The notes under the pieces: model-generated
Databases searched by the model: none
Told to the model about the DNA's origin: nothing
Seen by the model: only the letters and a program-made list of their open reading frames with translations
Assembly: GCF_039831865.1 (NCBI RefSeq)
Contig: NZ_JBDODM010000001.1
Span: 87,383-127,382 of the forward strand
Source: Pseudoalteromonas pernae
GTDB taxonomy: Bacteria > Pseudomonadota > Gammaproteobacteria > Enterobacterales > Alteromonadaceae
Direction: 5' to 3'
DNA length: 40,000 nt
Made by a program: the position numbers and the translations under genes
Part shown: positions 23,027 through 30,623 of the stretch, piece by piece
How the letters are laid out: each line of letters starts with the position of its first letter
Position numbering within the stretch: position 1 is the first letter of the stretch

Positions 23027-23878
23027 ATGCAAAATACTAACTTCACCATCAAAACGATGACCAAAAAGGACATGCACATCATGATTGATTGGGCGGCAGA
23101 GGAAGGGTGGAATCCAGGCCTGCATGATGCTGATTGTTATTTTGCTGCTGATCCACAGGGGTTTCTTGTTGGTTATCTTGGTGATGAGCCTATTGCCACC
23201 ATCTCTGCGGTCAAAAATCAGAATGCGTTTGGGTTTATTGGCTTCTACATTGTTAAACCAGAACACCGTGGCAAAGGTTACGGAATCGAAATCTGGAACG
23301 CTGGGCTCAAACGTTTGCAAGGCTTAAATATAGGGCTTGATGGGGTTGTCGCGCAGCAGGAAAACTACAAAAAGTCTGGGTTCAATCTCGCTTATCGTAA
23401 TATCCGCTATGAAGGTGTTGGCGGCGGCACTCCACCACAAAACTCAAACATTGTTAAACTCGCGACGTTACCTTTTGAGGCTATAGAAGCCTATGAGCAA
23501 GCGTTTTTTCCAGTAAATAGGTCTGCTTTCACCAAAGCGTGGGTTAATCAAGCTGATAGCCAAGCTCTGGGAATTATGCACAATGGTAATTTGGCGGGTT
23601 ACGGCGTTATACGTAAATGCCGTAATGGCCATAAAATAGGCCCGCTGTTTGCCGACACGCCAGATTTTGCTGAGTCTTTATTTCTTGCCTTAAAAGCGCA
23701 AACGAGTGAATTTGAGCCTATTTTTCTTGATACACCTGAAATTAATCAAGCAGCGGTTGCATTGGCTGAAAAGCATAATATGCAGGTGTCATTTGAAACC
23801 GCCAGAATGTATACCCAAGCCGCTCCTGACTTAGGGTTAAATCGTGTGTATGGTGTGGCGTCTTTTGAAATTGGATAA
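23027..23878 (+). CDS. GNAT-family N-acetyltransferase with C-terminal accessory domain (cassette)
   Basis: Acetyl-CoA-binding motif VKPEHRGKGYGIEIWNAGL. 283 aa, longer than a single GNAT fold. SD AAAGGAAA. Confidence 0.8.
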   Translation: MQNTNFTIKTMTKKDMHIMIDWAAEEGWNPGLHDADCYFAADPQGFLVGYLGDEPIATISAVKNQNAFGFIGFYIVKPEHRGKGYGIEIWNAGLKRLQGLNIGLDGVVAQQENYKKSGFNLAYRNIRYEGVGGGTPPQNSNIVKLATLPFEAIEAYEQAFFPVNRSAFTKAWVNQADSQALGIMHNGNLAGYGVIRKCRNGHKIGPLFADTPDFAESLFLALKAQTSEFEPIFLDTPEINQAAVALAEKHNMQVSFETARMYTQAAPDLGLNRVYGVASFEIG

Positions 23879-23888
23879 GCTAGGTTTG

Positions 23889-23946
23889 TCGTAAACAGGC
23901 AATTACTTTAAAAGGATTATCTAGCTAAGCAACTAGGCGTTAAGGG
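23889..23946 (+). repeat. attC site 8 (~58 bp)
   Basis: TAAACAGGCAATTAC...CTAGCTAAGCAACTAGGCGTTAAGG. Confidence 0.5.
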
Positions 23947-23959
23947 CTAAGAGGCGTTT

Positions 23960-24235
23960 ATGAAAGTAGAAATGATATGGATACTATCTGCTGTTTACTT
24001 GCTGCTAAACTTTTTGGTGACGATAATTGTCTTCAAACGAGATGACTTAGAGACATTTCAAAAAGTAGCGCAGGCTATCATTATTTGGTTAATCCCATTT
24101 GCTGCGGCGATAGGAATTTGGTTGTTTTATTGGTCGTCAGATAAGAATAACGTTCGCGTTCATTCGTTTGCCAAAAACACGGCTGGCGACAGTGCGGTTT
24201 CAAGCAATATTACTGGCTCTGGTGCGGCTGAGTAA
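23960..24235 (+). CDS. Small 2-TM membrane protein (last cassette)
   Basis: 91 aa with two hydrophobic helices. SD AAGAGG. Confidence 0.5.
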   Translation: MKVEMIWILSAVYLLLNFLVTIIVFKRDDLETFQKVAQAIIIWLIPFAAAIGIWLFYWSSDKNNVRVHSFAKNTAGDSAVSSNITGSGAAE

Positions 24236-24272
24236 CAGCCAAATCTCCGCCATATTGGTATCTAATTATGTT

Positions 24273-24365
24273 TTCTAACAGGCCAATATCAACGCGCAGC
24301 TAAGCTAAACTCCACACAGTTCTAGGAAGCGCAGATGCTCAACCTTTTATAATTGCGGTTAGACA
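24273..24365 (+). repeat. attC site 9 (~93 bp), end of array
   Basis: CTAACAGGCCAATATCAA...TTTTATAATTGCGGTTAGAC. Lies 6 bp from the ldhA stop. Confidence 0.6.
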
Positions 24366-24370
24366 TTTGA

Positions 24371-25345
24371 TCACTTAACTTCATTCTCAAGCGGTTCGCA
24401 TTTGCCAAATTGTTCGAGATTGAAATAGGTAGTTTGCACAATTTCCGCGAGCGCTTCTTGGGTGAAAAACCCTTGATGGCCTGTGATTAACACATTTTTG
24501 AACGTAAGTAAGCGTGCGAATACGTCATCTTGGAGAATTTCTTCCGATCTATCTTTGAAGAAGAGTTCCGATTCTTGCTCATACACGTCTAGCCCTAAGT
24601 ATCCTAATTGACCTGTTTTCAGCGCGTTGATACACGCTTTGCTATCGAGCAGGGCACCGCGACCTGTGTTGATCAACATTACGCCTGGTTTCATTGCCGC
24701 TAACGTGGTCTCGTCGATGATGTGATAGGTTTGTTCATTCAAAGGGCAGTGAAGACTAATAATATCAGCACGTTGCAGTAGCTCTGGTTGGCTTACCAAC
24801 TCAAAATTCCCTGATGGTGACGCTGGATCGCTTACTAACACTCGGGCGCCAAAACCATTGAGTATACTAACCAACGCCAAGCCGATTTTGCCACAGCCAA
24901 TTAACCCGACGGTTTTTCCGTGCAAGTTAAAGCCAAGTAACCCATTTAAGTCGAAGTTATCTTCTCGTACGCGATTATACGCTTTGTGAGTTTTACGCGA
25001 GAGTGTGAGCATCAATGCGACACAATGTTCGGCAACTGCCTCTGGGCTATAAGCAGGGACGCGTGCAACGCGAATACCGTGCGTTTTGGCAGCATTGAGG
25101 TCTACATTATTAAAGCCTGCACAGCGCAGCAGAATGAGTTTAACGCCATGGCGCGCTATTAGGGCAATTGTTTGTGCATTTAAGTCATCGTTAACGAATA
25201 CGCATACCGCATCAAAACCGTCGCTCAGCGATGCAGTTTGCGCGTTAAGGCTTACCTCAAAAAAACGAACGTCTGTGCCTGCAGGGCAATGTTGCTCAAA
25301 TGCGTGTTGTTCATACCTTTGCGAGCTGAATAGGGCTAATTTCAT
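24371..25345 (-). CDS. ldhA: D-lactate dehydrogenase (fermentative, 2-hydroxyacid dehydrogenase family)
   Basis: Colinear with E. coli LdhA as I recall it: MKLA..., LRCAGFNNVDL, VPAYSPEAVAEH, GxGKIG, DVYEQE..FF. 324 aa. Confidence 0.9.
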   Translation of the reverse strand: MKLALFSSQRYEQHAFEQHCPAGTDVRFFEVSLNAQTASLSDGFDAVCVFVNDDLNAQTIALIARHGVKLILLRCAGFNNVDLNAAKTHGIRVARVPAYSPEAVAEHCVALMLTLSRKTHKAYNRVREDNFDLNGLLGFNLHGKTVGLIGCGKIGLALVSILNGFGARVLVSDPASPSGNFELVSQPELLQRADIISLHCPLNEQTYHIIDETTLAAMKPGVMLINTGRGALLDSKACINALKTGQLGYLGLDVYEQESELFFKDRSEEILQDDVFARLLTFKNVLITGHQGFFTQEALAEIVQTTYFNLEQFGKCEPLENEVK

Positions 25346-25823
25346 TAAGTTGACTCTCTATAACAGAACGCAGCGTATCAGGCTTAGTTCTTGGGGCATA
25401 ACGATTTACCAACTGTCCCTGAGAGTTTATGAGAAATTTAGTGAAATTCCATTTTATTGCTCGATTTTGAGCAATTCCCCGCGTGTGTCCTTTTAGATAA
25501 TTGAACAGCGGGTGAGCGTCAGGGCCATTGACCATTACTTTACTAAACATCGGAAAAGTAACATTAAATGTACTTTGGCAAAAGTGTTTAATGGTGTTGT
25601 TGTCGGCTAATTCATTACGCCCAAATTGATTACAAGGGAATCCTAACACCACAAACCCTTGGGATTTGTAATCTAGGTATAGGCGCTCAAGGGCACTGTA
25701 TTGATAGGTGAAATTGCACGAACTTGCCGTGTTAACTATCAGTACTACTCGTCCTTGTAGTTGTTTAAATGAATAGGATTGGCCGTCTATTAGTGTGGCA
25801 TTAAAATGATAAATACTATCCAT
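25311..25823 (-). CDS. Glutathione peroxidase family protein (BtuE-like)
   Basis: Motifs VNTASSCNFT, LGFPCNQFG and KWNFTKFL. Start moved to ATG 25823 (SD GGAG). 3' end overlaps the ldhA start by 35 nt. Confidence 0.85.
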   Translation of the reverse strand: MDSIYHFNATLIDGQSYSFKQLQGRVVLIVNTASSCNFTYQYSALERLYLDYKSQGFVVLGFPCNQFGRNELADNNTIKHFCQSTFNVTFPMFSKVMVNGPDAHPLFNYLKGHTRGIAQNRAIKWNFTKFLINSQGQLVNRYAPRTKPDTLRSVIESQLNEISPIQLAKV

Positions 25824-25919
25824 GGCGTACTCCGAGGCGTTAAACAAGGCGTTTTTAGTCCTTGGCTTTGTTATACTTTGTGCGTTTTATCGAGGTTAGC
25901 AGGGAAATAGGTCAGAAAT

Positions 25920-26804
25920 ATGTCAAAAAAATGTACCTTTATCGGTTTAGGCGTCATGGGCTACCCAATGGCGGGTCATCTGCAACAAGCAGGTCATGAA
26001 GTATGCGTGTATAACCGCACACAAGAAAAAGCGCAAAAGTGGGCTGAGCAATACGGTGGCCAATGGGCGCCTACCCCAGCACAAGCAGCAAAAGATGCTG
26101 ATTTTGTATTCGTGTGTGTAGGTAATGACGACGATGTGCGCAGCGTCATTTACGGTGATGATGGCGTGTTAGCGGGTATGCGCGAAGGCACTTACCTTGT
26201 TGATCACACCACGACATCAGCGGATTTAGCTCGCGAATTGGGTGTTGCAGCTAAAGCTAAGAACATCGCATTCATCGATGCGCCAGTATCTGGTGGCCAA
26301 GCAGGTGCTGAAAATGGTGTATTAACTGTGATGTGTGGCGGCAATGCTGACGCCTTTGCTGCGGTTCAACCTGTGATGGCGGCATTTAGCCGTTTCAGTG
26401 AGCTACTTGGTGATATTGGCAGTGGCCAGCTGTGTAAAATGGTTAACCAAATCTGTATTGCAGGGGTGGTGCAAGGTCTGGCGGAAGGTCTTCACTTTGC
26501 GAAAAAAGCAGGGCTTGATGGCGAAAAGGTGATTGAAACAATCTCAAAAGGCGCGGCAGGTTCTTGGCAAATGGAAAACCGCTATAAAACTATGTGGCAA
26601 GGCGAATACGAGTTTGGTTTTGCTGTAGATTGGATGCGTAAAGACTTAGGCATTGCTCTGCAAGAAGGTCGTAACAATGGCGCTACTTTGGCACTAACGG
26701 CCCTGGTCGACCAATATTACGCCGATGTGCAAGCGATTGGCGGCAATCGTTACGATACCTCAAGCTTGTTGGCGCGTTTAGAAAAGCTAAACCCAAGCAA
26801 ATAA
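25920..26804 (+). CDS. NAD(P)-dependent beta-hydroxyacid dehydrogenase (3-hydroxyisobutyrate dehydrogenase family)
   Basis: N-terminal FIGLGVMGYPMAGHL Rossmann motif, DAPVSGG, catalytic-Lys region GSGQLCKMVNQ. 294 aa. Confidence 0.85.
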   Translation: MSKKCTFIGLGVMGYPMAGHLQQAGHEVCVYNRTQEKAQKWAEQYGGQWAPTPAQAAKDADFVFVCVGNDDDVRSVIYGDDGVLAGMREGTYLVDHTTTSADLARELGVAAKAKNIAFIDAPVSGGQAGAENGVLTVMCGGNADAFAAVQPVMAAFSRFSELLGDIGSGQLCKMVNQICIAGVVQGLAEGLHFAKKAGLDGEKVIETISKGAAGSWQMENRYKTMWQGEYEFGFAVDWMRKDLGIALQEGRNNGATLALTALVDQYYADVQAIGGNRYDTSSLLARLEKLNPSK

Positions 26805-26809
26805 GCGAA

Positions 26810-27070
26810 GGCGTGTTGACCTTTAAGGCATGAATTTTTCTTAAATCAAAGGCGTTCAATGCTAGGAATAGGTTATGTTGCATAGCTAGCTGTGCCAATA
26901 GCCTAAAACACCGCAGTGCGCGCCTTTGGTTGAACCCTTGGGGCATGCCATTGGCATGTGTTTTCTGCGTTATCGCCTGACTAACATAGAGTCACTATGC
27001 GACGCAGGTTCAGCCTTGGCAAAATACCCTAATGACTGCTGCAACAACACACAGCAAGGTTCAATGCGCC
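26810..27070. repeat. MITE/REP-like element, long copy (inverted relative to 1869-1931)
   Basis: Starts GGCGTGTTGACCTTTAAGGCATGAATTTT, which matches the reverse complement of the right arm at 1900-1930. Ends ACACACAGCAAGGTTCAATGCGCC, which matches the reverse complement of the left arm at 1870-1897. Has about 200 bp of extra internal sequence with further degenerate arm copies. Confidence 0.55.
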
Positions 27071-27086
27071 TTAGTTACGCCCAGAG

Positions 27087-28526
27087 TTATAAACTTTGGG
27101 CGTAATGATAAAGCGCTTTAAGCACAGCCATATTGCGCTCATTTCCTTCATTTTCATGAACCAAGTTTTCTAGGTTTAACATAAAGTCTTCGGCACCGAT
27201 TGACGGGCTGTCTTCGCCATGCATCAACTTGTTTTGGCAGTATTTACGCCATGATTCCAGTTCATTTGGGCTTAAGGTCTCGGGCCAGTTACGCGCACGA
27301 TAACGAAATAGCATGGCATTGTATTTAGGGTCTTCAAAATCTAACTCTAAATTAGCCAGTTCAATTGGTTGTGTGCTGCGAATAATATCAAACTTGGCTT
27401 TGTCGCTGTTGCTCGTAAAGCCACTATAAAGTTGGTAATCAGGATTCGTCGTGCCGCCAAAATCACGTTCGTCGTTGAACACTTCAGCGACTTTGTCTCT
27501 GAGTTCAGGGTGCGCTTGTAAAAACTTTAAATGTTCTAAACATTGCTCGCGGTCTATACCCAAACGCTCTGCGTTTTCAGGTAGCAGTGTTTTTGCTGGC
27601 GCTAAAATAGGGCACTTGTTCACATGAATCAGTTTCAAACCTATGGGAGCTTGGCCCTCAGGCAGTTCATCATGGCGGGTGTAGAGATATTCTCTCAATT
27701 GCTCAACCGATAAATCCAGCAATGGCTGTGGATCTTGAGTAAGGTTAAAACACACCACGGCATTTTTGTTCGTGGGATGAAAGCTCATTGGCGCGACCCA
27801 GGTAGTGCAACCTTGGCTTGCAGGAATGCGAGAGGATGTGTGCACGAGCGGCGTCATATTGAACACGTCAACAAGTTGCAATAACGCCTTTTTATTGCGC
27901 AAACCAAAGAAGAAATGATAAAGCTTAGGTTGCTGATCTTTGATGATTTTTGCTAAAGCAATAGTGGCTTTCACGTCACTCAGTGCATCGTGCGCATCGG
28001 CATGTTCAATACCATTAGCCTTGGTTAAATCTTCAAGACGAAAACTCACACTGCCATCTTCTTTTCGTGGCCAGTTGATACCTTCTGGGCGCAGTGCATA
28101 GCATGCACGCACCAGATCGATTATGTCCCAACGGCTGTTGCCGTTTTGCCATTCACGGGCGTAGGGGTCAAAAAAGTTACGATAAAAAGTGTAGCGACTA
28201 ACTTCATCGTCAAATCGAATGCTGTTGTAGCCGGCCACGCACGTGTTTGGCTGGCTAAATTCTTCGTGGATTTTGCTGATAAAGTCAGCTTCACATAAAC
28301 CATGACGCAGTGCATGCTGTGGTGTAATACCGGTGACTAAGCATGCTTGAGGATGCGGTAAATAATCTGGCGCAGGACGGCAATACTCAATCAGCGGCTC
28401 ACCAATAATGTTCAAATCCAAGTCGGTGCGAATGCCAGCGAATTGGCTTGGACGATCTTTTTGTGGGTTTGCACCCCAAGTTTCGTAATCGTGCCAGTAG
28501 ATTGTGGGCTGGTTGTTATCATTCAT
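27087..28526 (-). CDS. sbcB: Exodeoxyribonuclease I
   Basis: N-terminal DEDDh motifs (YWHDYETWG, GYNSIRFDDEV, AHDALSDV). 479 aa with a typical SH3-like/helical C-terminus. Confidence 0.9.
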   Translation of the reverse strand: MNDNNQPTIYWHDYETWGANPQKDRPSQFAGIRTDLDLNIIGEPLIEYCRPAPDYLPHPQACLVTGITPQHALRHGLCEADFISKIHEEFSQPNTCVAGYNSIRFDDEVSRYTFYRNFFDPYAREWQNGNSRWDIIDLVRACYALRPEGINWPRKEDGSVSFRLEDLTKANGIEHADAHDALSDVKATIALAKIIKDQQPKLYHFFFGLRNKKALLQLVDVFNMTPLVHTSSRIPASQGCTTWVAPMSFHPTNKNAVVCFNLTQDPQPLLDLSVEQLREYLYTRHDELPEGQAPIGLKLIHVNKCPILAPAKTLLPENAERLGIDREQCLEHLKFLQAHPELRDKVAEVFNDERDFGGTTNPDYQLYSGFTSNSDKAKFDIIRSTQPIELANLELDFEDPKYNAMLFRYRARNWPETLSPNELESWRKYCQNKLMHGEDSPSIGAEDFMLNLENLVHENEGNERNMAVLKALYHYAQSL

Positions 28527-28837
28527 ATTATTTTGCCTCTATTACTTTGCACTGGTCCATTCGCAACCAGATTAACCGTGTCACGGGTAATCATTATTCT
28601 TATTAAGCCGATGCTATATCGCCCTTAGATGATGATTGGAAACAATCGTTTTCTAAGTGCCTAATAACTTTGGGCATGATAAACGTTTTAGGAGGTGAAA
28701 TCGAGGGATCACAATGGTGACACACTAAAAGCTCGGGTTTTAAACACGAACAGAAGGAAGTGATTTGTTATTCATCGTGAAGTACTAGTGTGGAGGCTAT
28801 ACGGAATTTACATGTGCTAATTGTATATTCTTAAGCG

Positions 28838-29650
28838 TTACTCGTTACTTGGAATAAACGCCTTCTTAATACTGAGTAATTCACCGGACTCTTTGAGTAA
28901 TGTTAGCTGCTCATTGAGCAGGGCAGCGCGTTTAGCATTTTCAGCATTGTCGCAAAACTGAAATTGCAAAGGGGCTTTGCCCAATTGCAATTCGATGAAA
29001 CGGAGGTTATCCCTAAGTTGATTATCGTTGTTGAATAGTGTTGTTGCGACATTACGGTCCATTACCGCCAACCTACGGCTATCAGGTGATGGTCTTAGTA
29101 GAGAGCGCAACATTTCCCTTTCGTTGTAACGGTCAGAGCGAATAATTGTGCCGCTATCGAAATAGCCTTGAAGCGCTGGATAGCTGTAGCCAATGTGAGC
29201 AATTAGTTCATGGCCAACTAAATCCTCAATGTCTTCGATATGATGATAATCTTCGTTATTCGCGATGAGTACGTCTTCAATCTCAATAATCGGGTGTGAC
29301 CACAAATACTCATCGGGCGCGTCGCTATAAAGAGCCGATTCCATTCGCGCGTCCACACTGCATTCTTGTAGGGCCTTTAGTGAACGTTTTTCGGGTAGAA
29401 ATTGAAATTCCATTGTGATCCCAGCGTTTTGTGACGCGCGTTTGATTGATTCAACCAATATTCCTGTAACTTTGGATTCATTGACTATGACATAGGGTGG
29501 GTATCCCGCGTCGGGAAGAGCCACTACTAGAGGTTTTTCAGACGCAATGGCGTTAAAACTCATTGCCAATGCGAATGCGCAAACCAAGTTTCGAGTGGAT
29601 AAAGCGGCTTGTTTTAGACAGTTCAAAATCAATAACTGTTCCGTAATCAA
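28838..29650 (-). CDS. Periplasmic solute-binding protein (family 3 SBP-like), orphan
   Basis: Signal peptide ...CAFALAMSFNAIA/SEKP. PLVVALPDAGYPPYVIV is typical of type-3 SBP folds. No adjacent permease or ATPase. The TTG start is uncertain. Confidence 0.6.
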   Translation of the reverse strand: MITEQLLILNCLKQAALSTRNLVCAFALAMSFNAIASEKPLVVALPDAGYPPYVIVNESKVTGILVESIKRASQNAGITMEFQFLPEKRSLKALQECSVDARMESALYSDAPDEYLWSHPIIEIEDVLIANNEDYHHIEDIEDLVGHELIAHIGYSYPALQGYFDSGTIIRSDRYNEREMLRSLLRPSPDSRRLAVMDRNVATTLFNNDNQLRDNLRFIELQLGKAPLQFQFCDNAENAKRAALLNEQLTLLKESGELLSIKKAFIPSNE

Positions 29651-29913
29651 TTACAGGGGGGAATACCTATTTCCATCCACCTCCACGTCCTTAAACTTAC
29701 AAGTCTGAGTTAATATTAGCCGAACAATTTGCTATATGGAGTGATTTCCTTAAATAGAAACAAAGCGTTATAGCAAAGATATATTTCAGTAGTGTGAATA
29801 ATTAATTCTGTGCGGCTTTTTACTTTGTAATAAAAATGTCTGGTCGGCGTGGTATAAAGCCGTTTAGCCATCTATTATTGAACACTTATCAAAACGTACT
29901 TTAAGGAATAACA

Positions 29914-30471
29914 GTGCGATTCATACTCATATTTCTAGTATCATTTTCGGCAAATGCTGAACTCGAAGTGATTGAAAAAACGAGCAACTATCCAGTCATT
30001 GCTGACAGCATAACCGACCTAAAAGCGGCGCTAGATACAGCGTCACCCGCGAAAATAGACGACGATGTGGTACATGCCAGCACCACTTACGACATTGATT
30101 TTCAGTTCAGATTTAACAGCCGCTCACGTGTGTGTGAAGTAAACAAAGTCACGACTACATTAGGTTTACAATACACATTGCCAAAACTCGACAGCCAAAA
30201 TGACGAAGTAAAAAAGGTGTGGTCTAATTGGTTTCCGAGACTGGCACAATACCAACATCAAAAGGGCGAGTTAGTAAAAGCTGCGGCGCGGTCATTGGAT
30301 GATCAACTGACGAACTTACCTGAGGTAGGAAAGTGCCAAAAGTTGAAGAATCAAGCTGAAGAATTAGCTGCGAAGACTAAAAATGAATTAGCCACTCAGT
30401 TGAGATTATTAGATCAAAAAACTGACTTTGGTCGCACCGAGCATGCTTGGTTGAAAGACCACCTTCAGTAA
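29914..30471 (+). CDS. Secreted hypothetical protein (possibly DUF922-like)
   Basis: Signal peptide MRFILIFLVSFSANA/E. 185 aa. The family assignment is a weak recollection only. Confidence 0.5.
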   Translation: MRFILIFLVSFSANAELEVIEKTSNYPVIADSITDLKAALDTASPAKIDDDVVHASTTYDIDFQFRFNSRSRVCEVNKVTTTLGLQYTLPKLDSQNDEVKKVWSNWFPRLAQYQHQKGELVKAAARSLDDQLTNLPEVGKCQKLKNQAEELAAKTKNELATQLRLLDQKTDFGRTEHAWLKDHLQ

Positions 30472-30623
30472 ATTAATGTTATTCACTGTAAAAATGTGTG
30501 TATTACGTTGTTTTTTTATTCAATTAACAACTTGTTTTCACCTGTACCGATAGGAATCGTAATTACATCTCGTATAGAATGGAAGCCATGTAAAGATAAA
30601 GCCTGTATGCATATTACGCTTTT

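Larger units (their letters stand above)
18011..24365. mobile_element. Chromosomal integron: intI, attI region and ~9 gene cassettes
   Basis: Integron-type tyrosine recombinase divergent from an array of short co-oriented ORFs. Each ORF is followed by an imperfect palindromic site starting (A/C/T)TAAC and ending GTTA(T/A/G). The array is visibly more AT-rich than its flanks and ends 6 bp from the ldhA stop. Confidence 0.85.

Noticed and set aside
22985-23327. Minus-strand 111-aa ORF and plus-strand 80-aa ORF overlapping the GNAT gene
   Set aside because: They overlap a longer ORF with a clear acetyl-CoA-binding motif and a good SD. The minus-strand ORF would be the only cassette ORF in reverse orientation.
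20314-24365. Regularly spaced palindromic repeats as a CRISPR-like array or REP cluster
   Set aside because: The repeats differ in sequence and length. The intervals are 350-985 bp and contain ORFs. The terminal cores (TAAC...GTTA) and the adjacent intI identify them as attC sites.
25824-25847. Track start 25847 for the glutathione peroxidase (MFNASEYA...)
   Set aside because: ATG 25823 is preceded by GGAG and gives the usual family N-terminus (MDSIYHF...). The extension is unsupported.
26683-26946. 87-aa minus-strand ORF
   Set aside because: It spans the 3' end of the oxidoreductase gene and the repeat element, with no SD and a repeat-derived, Arg/Leu-rich sequence.
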